A DNA stretch of 64,000 nt from Vulcanimicrobiota bacterium (GTDB lineage Bacteria > Vulcanimicrobiota > Vulcanimicrobiia > Vulcanimicrobiales > Vulcanimicrobiaceae): contig OY968762.1 of NCBI GenBank assembly GCA_963695225.1, positions 2,848,001-2,912,000 of the forward strand. The letters run 5' to 3'. Made by a program: the position numbers and the translations under genes. Below, one piece after another: positions 29,789 to 39,335 of the stretch. A model generated the notes under the pieces. The model was not told the DNA's origin and searched no databases. It saw nothing but the letters and a program-made list of their open reading frames with translations. Positions within the stretch are counted from its first letter, which is position 1, and each line of letters begins with the position of its first letter.

Positions 29789-29846
29789 AAATGGGCTGTA
29801 TGGGGTATTTTCGCACTCATGCGCGCTTTGCTAAGCTCAAACGCAG
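29789..29846 (+). promoter_or_regulatory. EPS-locus repeated upstream motif, copy 4
   Basis: AAATGGGCTGTATGGGG...TTTGCTAAGCTCAAACGCAG, with the same 41-nt offset as copies 1 and 2. Confidence 0.65.
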
Positions 29847-30004
29847 GTGAAGTTGTGCGCTATTTCGGTGCACCTAAGGCGCTCTGCGAATCTAGACCGG
29901 CTGAGGGCTTGGTGGTCCGCTCGGCCGGCGCCTTAGCGGAGGCTGAGCTAACCCAATAGGTCATTGCACTACCGCGGCCGGTGGGGAGAGATGAGCTGCG
30001 AGGT

Positions 30005-30976
30005 ATGACGAGCATCGTAGCCGGCGGAGCCGGCTTCTTGGGGAGCCATTTGGTCGATGCGCTCGTGCAGCGCGGAGACGATGTGGTCGTCGTCGACAAT
30101 CTTTCGACCGGCCGGCTTAGCAATCTCGACCGGGCGCTGCGCAGTGGACGCGTGAGATTCGTATTCGCCGACCTCTCATCGATGAAACGCGAAGTCGATG
30201 CGTCAATCGAATCGGCGGTCCGAGGGCGTATCGATCGGATTTTTCACCTAGCGTCTCCGGCAAGCCCGGAGGCGTACGGCTCCGACCCGTGGGGTACGCT
30301 CGCGGTGAACGCGCTCGGAACGATGCGTCTCGCTGAACTCGCCCTGAAGCATTCCGCTGCATTTCTCTTTTCGTCGACATCGGAAGTCTACGGTGATCCC
30401 CTCATTCACCCACAACCGGAGACGTACTTTGGGAACGTCGATCCCATCGGGCCGCGTTCTTGTTACGACGAGGGAAAGCGCTTCGGGGAGGCGACGGTAG
30501 CAGCTGCCGTTCGCTCGCGCGGCCTCGCAGGGAGAATCGTGCGCTACTTCAACTGCTATGGGCCCAGGATGGAGGTCGGCGACGGCCGCCTGATCCCGGC
30601 TCTCGTGGACGCTGCGATGCGTGGAGAGCCGCTGCCGGTGCATGGCGACGGCCGGCAGACGCGATCTCTGACGTACGTTGATGACGCCGTAGCGGCGACG
30701 CTTCTGGTTGCCGATAGTCCCCACACGATTCTTGAACCTGTGAACATCGGGAACGATGACGAGCGGAGCGTTCTTGAAATCGCAAGCGCCGTCGCGCGCG
30801 CTTTCGGCGTCGAATTGGAGGTGCGTCACTTGCCGCCACGGCCGCAGGATCCGCAACGCAGACGACCTGACGCTTCGCGTGCGGCGAGTCTCGGTTGGAC
30901 GCCGCAGACATCGCTCGAGGCCGGCTTAGCGCAAACCATCGCTTGGTTTCGAGAGGCGAGCTTGATCGCCGTGTGA
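30005..30976 (+). CDS. UDP-glucuronate decarboxylase (UDP-xylose synthase-like SDR), copy 1
   Basis: GGAGFLGSHL, HLASPASP, STSEVYGDP and GPRSCYDEGKR motifs. Confidence 0.9.
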   Translation: MTSIVAGGAGFLGSHLVDALVQRGDDVVVVDNLSTGRLSNLDRALRSGRVRFVFADLSSMKREVDASIESAVRGRIDRIFHLASPASPEAYGSDPWGTLAVNALGTMRLAELALKHSAAFLFSSTSEVYGDPLIHPQPETYFGNVDPIGPRSCYDEGKRFGEATVAAAVRSRGLAGRIVRYFNCYGPRMEVGDGRLIPALVDAAMRGEPLPVHGDGRQTRSLTYVDDAVAATLLVADSPHTILEPVNIGNDDERSVLEIASAVARAFGVELEVRHLPPRPQDPQRRRPDASRAASLGWTPQTSLEAGLAQTIAWFREASLIAV

Positions 30977-31400
30977 GGCGCGAAGATCTCCGACCGCCTG
31001 AGGCACTTTCTCGCGCGCCTCGCGCCAGAATATGGGGTCCCCCAGGCGGTGCGGCGAAGCCTGCCGCTCCGCGCTGCTTGCGGAGCGTTAGCGCGCGCCG
31101 GCCGGCCCCGCCAAGGGCCGCCCTCCCGCTCGCACGAAGCGGCGACACACGGCTGCCTCGCCGCGCTTTTCGAGAGGATGCGTTATGCGCGTTGTGCGCA
31201 GTACTGACGTGAGGGCTGCCATAGCGCGATCAGAATCATCGCGTCCGCAGCACCACAGGATCGCGCTGCCACAGTTGTTCTGGTTGATCGCTGCAAGCCG
31301 ATGACGATTCTTCGCGGGGACGACGTCGATTAGTCAAGTACTCCATACCACCCAAGAGCCGCCGGCCCGAAGATCCGTCGCGGGTTCGACATTTATCGTC

Positions 31401-32927
31401 ATGGCGGCTTCGGCGCTCTCCGCGCTGTTAGGGTTCGGTCGCGAGATCGTCTTCGCGCATTTCTACGGTACGAGTTCGGCAATGGACGCCTTCCTCAATG
31501 CCTCGACGATCCCGACGATTCTGTTCGGCGTCTTCAGTGGGGCGCTCGTCAGCGCGCTCGTCCCTGCGTTTAGCGAGTTTACGAGTCAAGGGCGCTCCGA
31601 AGAGGTGGGAAAGCTCGGCAGCACCGTGATCAACGCGCTCCTCCTACTGATGTCCGGGCTCGCCGTGCTCGGATGCATCCTCGCGCCGGCCTTCGTCCCG
31701 GTGATCGCTCACGGTTTCCCGAGCGCTGAGCAGGACCTGGTCGTGCAAATGGTGCGCTGGCTAATGCCGGGCATCGTAGCAACGACCCTTGCCGGCGTTT
31801 GCGCCGCGATGCTCAACGCGAATCACCGGTTTCTGTCATCGTCGCTTGTGCCGATTGCGACGAATCTCGTGACGATCGGGTGCGTCATCGCGCTCTATCG
31901 TGAGCTTGGCATCTTTGCGCTCGTTCTGGGATCCGTCGCTGGTGCTTTCGCGCAGGTGCTGGTGCAGGCGCCGGAGATCCTGAGGCGTGGACTCTATCGC
32001 TTTGAATTAGATTTGCGCCACCCCGGATTAGCGAGAGCCTGGAGTTTTCTGGCGCCGGTCGTCGTTGGATCGAGCGCGGCGCAGATCAACCTTGCCTTCG
32101 ACCGGTATTTCGCGTCGACGCTGAGCGCAGGTTCCACGGCCGGCCTAAACTACGCCGGAAAGCTCGCAGGCTTGCCGTATCAGGTCGTAGCCGCGGCGAT
32201 TGCGACGGTGATTTTCCCAGTGATCGCGGGCCAGTTCGCGAGTTCGAATGGGGCGGGGATCCGGCATAGCATCTCGCTTGCGTTGCGCATGGTTGGTTTC
32301 ATCGTCATCCCGTGCGCCGCCGCTTTGTGCGTCCTTGCGCATCCGATCGTGCAGACGCTTTTCGAGCGCGGCGCGTTCGGCCCCGCCGCGACGGCGCTTT
32401 GCGTGAGCCTCATGCCGTTCGGAGCGTTCCAATTGGTTGCGAACTCCTACGCCCTGGTGCTTGGGCGAGCGTGCTACGCTTGTCAGGAGATGCGCAAGGC
32501 CGTCGTGGGCTCCATTATTGCGATCGCGATCAACATCGTTCTATCGGCTACGTTCTTGCCGTATCTCGGAGCCCGCGGGCTGTTGCTTGCTAACGGTGTT
32601 TCCGCGCTCTTCATGACTGCATTCCTGGCGACGGTTCTTTGGCGAATGATCGGGGGATTTGAATGGAGGCAACTGCTTTCGTCGTTTGTACGCGTTTCGC
32701 TCGCGTCGTTCGCGTTGGTGGGCGCCGTGTATTGGATCGGCTCCCTTGGAGTGACCCCCGAGCCGACGCTTGCCTCGCGCGCGTCCTACCTGGCGGGCCT
32801 TCTCGGTGTGGCCGCCGTCGTATTCCTCGGTGTCTCGCGAGCGCTTGGGATTGAAGAGCTGACGATGGTTGTCAGGACGGTTCTGGAGAAGCTGACGCCA
32901 CGAGCCCCCGGCGCCTCAGAGACGTAA
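31401..32927 (+). CDS. MurJ/MviN-family (MOP superfamily) flippase
   Basis: LLGFGRE..FA..YG...DAF, LVPAF, DRYFASTL and LFERGAF motifs. The true start may lie upstream of 31401. Confidence 0.88.
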   Translation: MAASALSALLGFGREIVFAHFYGTSSAMDAFLNASTIPTILFGVFSGALVSALVPAFSEFTSQGRSEEVGKLGSTVINALLLLMSGLAVLGCILAPAFVPVIAHGFPSAEQDLVVQMVRWLMPGIVATTLAGVCAAMLNANHRFLSSSLVPIATNLVTIGCVIALYRELGIFALVLGSVAGAFAQVLVQAPEILRRGLYRFELDLRHPGLARAWSFLAPVVVGSSAAQINLAFDRYFASTLSAGSTAGLNYAGKLAGLPYQVVAAAIATVIFPVIAGQFASSNGAGIRHSISLALRMVGFIVIPCAAALCVLAHPIVQTLFERGAFGPAATALCVSLMPFGAFQLVANSYALVLGRACYACQEMRKAVVGSIIAIAINIVLSATFLPYLGARGLLLANGVSALFMTAFLATVLWRMIGGFEWRQLLSSFVRVSLASFALVGAVYWIGSLGVTPEPTLASRASYLAGLLGVAAVVFLGVSRALGIEELTMVVRTVLEKLTPRAPGASET

Positions 32928-33097
32928 CTCTCGAAATCGGCCGAGGTCAGGGGCGGTGCGTCGCGGGTAGTAACAACGCCGCGAAATGTGCGCGGGATCT
33001 CTTGCAAGATGTCATGCGGCTGGCATTGGTGGGTACTATCATCCGCTGCGCGGGGTTCGTGCGCGCTGATTGGCCTTTAGGGGCGCCTATAAAAAAG

Positions 33098-33153
33098 ATG
33101 AGCAATTTGGGGCGTGTCGGGCGGCATCAGCGATTGCTAATCTCAAGCGCAGA
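33098..33153 (+). promoter_or_regulatory. EPS-locus repeated upstream motif, copy 5
   Basis: ATGAGCAATTTGGGG...TTGCTAATCTCAAGCGCAGA, 40-nt offset. Confidence 0.65.
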
Positions 33154-33203
33154 GACAAGCATATACATGGTAGTACAAACGCAGTGTTCATCGCATCCTG
33201 AGA

Positions 33204-33884
33204 GTGATGGTAATGCTTCCTGATCTACGGAGAGATCGCGAGACGGCCGAAACGGAGCGCGCAAACTCGGCCGCTGAATCCAAGGCCCCGCAGATCTTCG
33301 CATACAAGCGCTCCACGTCGGATCGCGCGCGCCGCATCGTCGATCTTCTCGGAGCGATCGCACTCTGCGTCGTGGCGGCGCCGATTCTGGCCGTGGCGAG
33401 TGCGGCGATCTTGCTCGAGGACGGCAGGCCGTTGATCTTTAGCCAGCAGCGCGTCGGCAGATTCGGCCGGCTCTTCACCATCTACAAGCTGCGCACGATG
33501 AAGAAGGCAGCCTGCGGCGATGGATACAAGCCGAGCGCCGGCGACTCGCGCATCACGCGGGTCGGTGCGATCCTGCGAAAGCTTTCGATCGACGAGTTGC
33601 CGCAACTCTTCAACGTGCTGCGCGGGGACATGTCGCTCGTGGGGCCGCGGCCCGAGATGCCGTTCATCGTCCGCCGGTACGAGAAGTGGCAACACTTGCG
33701 GCTTCTCGCGAAGCCCGGCCTCACGTGCATCTGGCAGACGAAACACCGGTCGACGGTGCCGCTGCACGATCCGCGCGCGACGATGCTGGACTTGGAGTAC
33801 ATCGAAAGAGCGTCGCCTGCGCTCGATGCCGGGCTCATGATGCAAACGGTCGGAGCGGTCTTCTCTGCAAGGGGCGCACGGTGA
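33204..33884 (+). CDS. Priming sugar transferase (Bac_transf), paralog of 11752-12384
   Basis: YKLRTM and SIDELPQLFNVLRGDMSLVGPRPE motifs. Confidence 0.93.
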   Translation: MMVMLPDLRRDRETAETERANSAAESKAPQIFAYKRSTSDRARRIVDLLGAIALCVVAAPILAVASAAILLEDGRPLIFSQQRVGRFGRLFTIYKLRTMKKAACGDGYKPSAGDSRITRVGAILRKLSIDELPQLFNVLRGDMSLVGPRPEMPFIVRRYEKWQHLRLLAKPGLTCIWQTKHRSTVPLHDPRATMLDLEYIERASPALDAGLMMQTVGAVFSARGAR

Positions 33885-35239
33885 TTAGGTCGGGGTCAAG
33901 GTCCATCTGCGTAGTAGGTACCGGATACGTCGGCATGGCCTGCCTGATCGGCTTCGCCGATCTCGGGCACACCGTCCGCGGCTACGACATCCTCCCCGAC
34001 CGCGTCGAGAAGCTGCGCGCCGGCATCGCCCCTTATAAGGAGGCGGGCTTAGAGGCAAGCCTGCGCTGCCACCTCGCGAGCGGGCTCGTTAGCGTGTTCG
34101 GCAACTTGGCCGAAGCCGCCGCCGATGCGGAGTGGATCATGGTCGCGGTGGGGACGCCCTCGCAGGACGACGGATCGCTCGACCTGCGCCACCTTGACGC
34201 CGCGCTCGGCGCTTTGAGCGCAGTCGAGCTGAGACAGGGCGCGCGCGTCGTGATCCGTTCGACGGTGCCTCCCGGCACGTGCGACCGGCTTGCGGGCCGC
34301 TTCCACGAGCTCGGAGAATTCCTCTATGCGCCGGAGTTCCTGCGCGAAGGAACGGCCGTCTCGGATTTCCTGAATCCGGACCGCATCATCGTCGGCGCGG
34401 AGGCGCCGAAGGCGGCGCGAGCCTATGCCGACCTCTTCGCCGCGCTCGACCGGCCCGTCATCACCACGACGCGATGCAACGCCGAGCTGATCAAGTCGCT
34501 TTCGAACGCGTACTTGGCGCTGAAGATCAGCTTCGCGAACGAAGTCGCGAACATTTGCCATTCGCTCGGCACTCACGTCGACGACGTGCTGCTCGGCATC
34601 GGGGCCGACCGCCGCATCGGCCGGGAGTTTCTGCGGCCGGGCATCGGCTTCGGCGGGCCGTGTTTCGAAAAGGACGTCAAAGGCGTGGTGCACTTCTCGC
34701 GCCAGGCCGGAGCCGTCCAAGAACTCTTTTCCGCAACGCTCCGCGTGAACGGCCGCCAGCCGTACCGAGTGGTCGACATGCTGGAGCAGCGGCTCGGCGA
34801 TTTGGACGGAGCAGTAATCGGTGTATGGGGCCTGGCCTTCAAAGCAGGAACGGACGATCTGCGCGACTCGCTCGCGATTCGGGTCGTGGCCGAACTTTCG
34901 CGGCTCGGCGCGAAGATGCGGATCTACGATCCCGCGGTACACGTTGCCGAACTCCCCGCGGGCGGGAAGATCGTAGGATCGGCTCTCGCGGCTGCGGAGG
35001 CGGATGCGTTGCTCGTGTTGACGGAATGGCCGCAGTTCGCCGCCATCGACGCGCGCGAGATCGCCGCGAGGCTGCGGCGGCGCGTCGTGGTGGACGGGCG
35101 GAACATTTTGGACCCGCGCGGCTGCGCAGAGGCCGGACTCGACTATCAGGGCGTGGGGCGCCCGTTGCGGGCGGGGACGTATGCTGCCGCCGAGCAGTGC
35201 GAAGAAGAAGAACTCGCGGAGGTGATCTGGAGTGGTTGA
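33881..35239 (+). CDS. ugd: UDP-glucose 6-dehydrogenase
   Basis: GTGYVG, PEFLREG, GFGGPCF and GLAFKAGTDDLRDS motifs; GTG start overlaps the upstream TGA. Confidence 0.92.
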   Translation: MIRSGSRSICVVGTGYVGMACLIGFADLGHTVRGYDILPDRVEKLRAGIAPYKEAGLEASLRCHLASGLVSVFGNLAEAAADAEWIMVAVGTPSQDDGSLDLRHLDAALGALSAVELRQGARVVIRSTVPPGTCDRLAGRFHELGEFLYAPEFLREGTAVSDFLNPDRIIVGAEAPKAARAYADLFAALDRPVITTTRCNAELIKSLSNAYLALKISFANEVANICHSLGTHVDDVLLGIGADRRIGREFLRPGIGFGGPCFEKDVKGVVHFSRQAGAVQELFSATLRVNGRQPYRVVDMLEQRLGDLDGAVIGVWGLAFKAGTDDLRDSLAIRVVAELSRLGAKMRIYDPAVHVAELPAGGKIVGSALAAAEADALLVLTEWPQFAAIDAREIAARLRRRVVVDGRNILDPRGCAEAGLDYQGVGRPLRAGTYAAAEQCEEEELAEVIWSG

Positions 35240-36560
35240 CGCGCTGGAGCGATTCTCACACGTCGTGCGCCGGCGTCTCCTTTGGATCGTGGCCGTCTGC
35301 ATCTGCGGCGTCGCGGCGTCGCCGTTTCTGCCGCGGCTGATCCACGCATCATACGACGCAACGGCGCGCCTGCTGGTGGTTAGCGAGGTGGCGAAGGACA
35401 CCTCGGCGACGAGCGTCGATCTTCCGTCGGTCGCGCAGAGCACCGAAGTCGTCGATCGCGTGAACCGGCGCCTCAACCTCTCGAATGACGTCGACGTTCG
35501 CCATCACATCAAGGCGGAAGTCTTGCCCCGCTCCAGCATCCTGGAAATCACTTACCGGGATGTTGATAAAGAACGCGCTGCGACAATTGCAAACGCCGTG
35601 GCGGACGAGACTATCACTTACTATCACGAAATCGCGACAAACCGATACGACGACGTTACACGGAAGCTGAATCATGCGATCGCGCAACTTCGATCGCAGA
35701 TAGACGCAACAAATAATCGGCTTCAAAGCGCTTCATTCAAGAATGCATACGCGAATTCAGATAAGGCGAGCGAAGATCTAGCGACGCGCATTGCCGAGCT
35801 GCACGCAGCTCGCGATCAGGCGTATGCGGATCTCATTTCGGATCGTGCGACCGATCGAGCACTGCGGGTACAGAGATGGAAGATCACCAGCATCGTTCGC
35901 CAAGAAACGCTCGCGAACGATCCGGTGTATACGATGATCCAGGGAAAAGTCGCGAGCGATGAGGCGAGCCTCGCGGAACAGCGCTCAAGGTACACCGATA
36001 CGAACCCCGCCGTCGTGGCCTTGGCTGAGAAGGTGGCGTTGGAGCGCGAGCAACTCAAAGCCGCGGAGGCTCGCGCGCTCGAGCGCCGTTCAGGTTCAAG
36101 CCCAGCCTATGTGTCGAACGTGCTCGAGCAGGGTAGGGCAGCTAGTAAGACTGCCGGTGACCAGGCGCGCGTTCAAGCCCTGGATGCGGAAATCTCCGTA
36201 GCCGAACAGCAGGCGAAGGATACCTTCGGCCCAGGAGCATCGGTTGGAGCGTTGCGCGCCGAACGCGATGCCGCCGAGCAGCAGTATCTCGCGTTGACCC
36301 AGCGTTTGAGCGCCGCGCAGGCAGACGCCGCGCAAGCCGCCTCATTAGGGACCCTCGTCGTCGTCGACAGAGCGATCCCTGGCGATTCGCATTGGCAGCT
36401 GCTGTTCGAATACTTCCCGCTGCTGTATGCGCTCTCGGTATGCGCTCTTGCGATCTTGGCGGCATACGCGGTGGACGGCATGGACAGGCGCTTCTGGGAT
36501 TCCAAGGATCTGGAGGACCTCTACGGGCGCCCGGTATTCGAGATCGGAAAGCACGAATGA
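35232..36560 (+). CDS. GumC/Wzz-like polysaccharide co-polymerase (membrane part)
   Basis: TM - coiled coil (YTDTNPAV) - TM; homologous to the N-terminal part of 27199-29244. Confidence 0.82.
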   Translation: MVDALERFSHVVRRRLLWIVAVCICGVAASPFLPRLIHASYDATARLLVVSEVAKDTSATSVDLPSVAQSTEVVDRVNRRLNLSNDVDVRHHIKAEVLPRSSILEITYRDVDKERAATIANAVADETITYYHEIATNRYDDVTRKLNHAIAQLRSQIDATNNRLQSASFKNAYANSDKASEDLATRIAELHAARDQAYADLISDRATDRALRVQRWKITSIVRQETLANDPVYTMIQGKVASDEASLAEQRSRYTDTNPAVVALAEKVALEREQLKAAEARALERRSGSSPAYVSNVLEQGRAASKTAGDQARVQALDAEISVAEQQAKDTFGPGASVGALRAERDAAEQQYLALTQRLSAAQADAAQAASLGTLVVVDRAIPGDSHWQLLFEYFPLLYALSVCALAILAAYAVDGMDRRFWDSKDLEDLYGRPVFEIGKHE

Positions 36561-37255
36561 AGAAGGATAAGAAAGCCGGCGCCGGCGAGGACGAGTCCAC
36601 GTTCGAGGTGCTTCGTGCACGAATCGAGGCTAGGGTTGGGCGCCCCGGTGTGCTCGTTGTTACCTCCGCGATCGCGGGCGACGGCAAGAGCGTCGCAGCA
36701 CATGGATTGGCAGCGGCGCTGGCTTCGATCGGGTGCCGGACGCTGCTCATCGATGTGGGGAAGCGAAGCGGAATCCTCATCCAGCCATCGACGAGCGCAT
36801 CGATCGAGGAGATGATGCTGGAATCGGCGTGCGAGACCACGATTCCCGGGCTAAAGATCGTTTCGCTTACGAGCCCCGCGCTTCAACGGAAGACGAGCCT
36901 TCCAAGCGTCGCGCGAGCCCTGACGGTGGTTCGTGGAGGCTACGACTACATCGTTGTAGACTGCGACTGCGCCTTGAAGAATGCACTTTCCGCGCATTTC
37001 GTCAGCTCCGCGGATGCCGTTCTAGTCGCAGTCCGGGCCGGCCGCCGCCGGCAGCCGGAGGATGGGGACCTGGCCGAAGCCCTGGGCGACCTCGGAGCCA
37101 ACTTCTTCGGCGTTGTGGCCATTAACCCGGCGATGATCGGCGTGGGATCGAATCTCGTACGGCTGCGCGGCGCACAAGCTAGCCGCGGCATCGAGACGGG
37201 GCACTTAGATCGCGAGCTCCGCTTTCGCGGTGCGCGCTCGTGTACCGAGCTATGA
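36557..37255 (+). CDS. CpsD/CapB-like P-loop protein (BY-kinase-like)
   Basis: Walker A SAIAGDGKS, LLID and YDYIVVD; ATG 36557 coupled to the upstream gene. Confidence 0.8.
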   Translation: MKKDKKAGAGEDESTFEVLRARIEARVGRPGVLVVTSAIAGDGKSVAAHGLAAALASIGCRTLLIDVGKRSGILIQPSTSASIEEMMLESACETTIPGLKIVSLTSPALQRKTSLPSVARALTVVRGGYDYIVVDCDCALKNALSAHFVSSADAVLVAVRAGRRRQPEDGDLAEALGDLGANFFGVVAINPAMIGVGSNLVRLRGAQASRGIETGHLDRELRFRGARSCTEL

Positions 37256-38223
37256 CGAGCGTCGTCACGGGAGGCGCCGGTTTCCTCGGCAGCCACCTCG
37301 TCGATGCGCTCGTGCGGCGAGGCGATGACGTCGTCGTCGTTGACAATCTCTCGACGGGGCGGCTCAGCAATCTCGACCAGGCGCTCCTAAGCGGGAAGGT
37401 GATGTTCGTATTCGCGGATCTCGCGTCAACGAAGTCGGAAATCGAAGCCGCGATCGAATCGGCTACTGAAGGGCGTATTGACCGGATATTTCATCTCGCC
37501 TCTCCAGCAAGCCCGGAAGCCTACGGCGCGGATCCGTGGGGTACTCTGGCGGTCAACGCGATCGGGACGATGCGCCTGGTCGACCTCGCTGTAAAGCACT
37601 CGGCGGACTTTCTGTTTGCATCGACGTCGGAAGTATACGGTGACCCATTAGTTCACCCGCAGCCGGAGGCGTATTTCGGGAATGTCGATCCGATCGGACC
37701 GCGCTCTTGCTACGATGAAGGCAAGCGCTTCGGCGAAGCAGTGGTTGCGGCCGCCGTACGGAGGCGCGGTCTTGCCGGAAGAATCGTTCGGTATTTCAAT
37801 TGTTACGGGCCGCGGATGGAGATCGGCGACGGTCGCTTGATCCCAGCCCTCGTCGGTGCGGCCATACGAGGGGAGCCGCTTCCGGTGCACGGGGATGGGC
37901 AACAGACGCGGTCGCTGACCTATGTAGACGACGCCATTGCCGCTACATTGCTTGTTGCCGAAAGCCCGAATACGATCCTTCAGCCGGTAAACATTGGCAA
38001 CGATGATGAGCGGAGCGTACTGGATATTGCAAGCGCAGTGGCGCTCGCCTTTCGGGTTGATTTAATTACGCATCAATTGCCGTCACGGCCGCAGGATCCA
38101 CAGCGACGGAGGCCCGACACAACTAGAGCGGCGAGCCTCAACTGGTGTTCACAAACGCCGCTAACTGTCGGTTTAGCAGCGACCCTTGCATGGTTCCAAG
38201 ATGCAAGCCTATCACTTGTATGA
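37252..38223 (+). CDS. UDP-glucuronate decarboxylase (UDP-xylose synthase-like), copy 2
   Basis: Same motifs and same length (323 aa) as copy 1. Confidence 0.9.
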   Translation: MTSVVTGGAGFLGSHLVDALVRRGDDVVVVDNLSTGRLSNLDQALLSGKVMFVFADLASTKSEIEAAIESATEGRIDRIFHLASPASPEAYGADPWGTLAVNAIGTMRLVDLAVKHSADFLFASTSEVYGDPLVHPQPEAYFGNVDPIGPRSCYDEGKRFGEAVVAAAVRRRGLAGRIVRYFNCYGPRMEIGDGRLIPALVGAAIRGEPLPVHGDGQQTRSLTYVDDAIAATLLVAESPNTILQPVNIGNDDERSVLDIASAVALAFRVDLITHQLPSRPQDPQRRRPDTTRAASLNWCSQTPLTVGLAATLAWFQDASLSLV

Positions 38224-38536
38224 ATCGACGCACTAGTTGTGTAGTAGCTATGCCGAAAGCCCAAGCTGCCAATGTTGGGGCCAGTTCTGTCCTACGCAGC
38301 CGGGCGCGCACAGCGCGTTACTGTAGCGCCGCAATGAACAATCAGGTGTTGCAAGGAGGCGTGCGTCGAGAACCTGGAGGGATCCAGCTGTAACGGCGAC
38401 TGCCGAACCCGCCCTGGTAGCCGTGGCGACCGCAGCGCGCCGCTTTGAAGGCGCACAATGGTGAGGCAGCAAGAGCGGGCCGGGCGGCGCTCCCTTGGCG
38501 GGCTCCGGACCGATCGGGTCTGATGGGGATGACATC

Positions 38537-39286
38537 ATGGCAACCATAGTGCTGGTCCACGGCGCCTGGCATGGCGCCTGGTGTTGGGAACGCGTCGTGC
38601 CGTTGCTGGAGGCGAAGGGCCACCGCGTGGTCGCCCCCGATCTGCCCGGCATGGGGGCGGACCGCACGCCCCTGCGCGAGGTGTCGCTCGAATCCTGGGC
38701 GGATTTCGTCGCCGAACTCATCGATGCCGAGCCCGATCCGGTCGTGCTCGTCGGGCACAGCCGGGGCGGCGTCGTTATCAGCCAGGCGGCCGAGTATGCC
38801 CCCGAGCAAGTCGAAAAACTCGTCTACCTCAGCGCCTTCCTCGTTCGCAACGGCGAATCGCTCTGGGAGACGCTGCAGGAACTCCCCGGCGATCCCGAGC
38901 GCGGCGGCGACCTGAAGATCTCCCCCGATCAATCGACCACGTCGCTGCTCCCCGAAGCCGTACGTACGAACTTCTACAACACGACCGACGAGCAGTGGGC
39001 CGCCCGCGCGGCGTCGCTGATCTGCCCCGAACCGATGGCCTCGTTCGTGACGCCGCTTGCGCTCACGGACGATGCATTCGGCAGCATCCCGCGCGTCTAC
39101 ATCGAATGCAAGCGCGATCGCGCGATCCCGCTGAGCCTGCAGCGCCTGATGGTCGCCCAAATGCCGTGCGAGCAAGTCTTCTCGCTCGATACGGATCACT
39201 CGCCGTTCTATTCCAACCCCGAAGCGCTCGCCGCAATCTTGGACGATATCGCGAACGGCGAGTCTCCCTCCGAATCGCTGGATTAA
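38537..39286 (+). CDS. Alpha/beta hydrolase (methylesterase/SABP2-like)
   Basis: VLVHGAWHGAWCW, GHSRGG nucleophile elbow, and DTDHSPF. Confidence 0.9.
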   Translation: MATIVLVHGAWHGAWCWERVVPLLEAKGHRVVAPDLPGMGADRTPLREVSLESWADFVAELIDAEPDPVVLVGHSRGGVVISQAAEYAPEQVEKLVYLSAFLVRNGESLWETLQELPGDPERGGDLKISPDQSTTSLLPEAVRTNFYNTTDEQWAARAASLICPEPMASFVTPLALTDDAFGSIPRVYIECKRDRAIPLSLQRLMVAQMPCEQVFSLDTDHSPFYSNPEALAAILDDIANGESPSESLD

Positions 39287-39335
39287 CCGATCCATAACGG
39301 AGGAAATCCGCAAAACCGCGGCGTCCTAGAGCGTC

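Noticed and set aside
33121..33140. Sigma54 (-24/-12) promoter reading of the repeated EPS motif
   Set aside because: The GG to GC spacing is 11 nt rather than the strict 10, and the other copies lack the GG.
9050..38495. Terminal inverted or direct repeats bounding the EPS island (gcgccgcccg near 9054 versus its complement near 38482)
   Set aside because: Only about 10 bp of GC-rich sequence, expected by chance. No integrase, transposase or tRNA is nearby.
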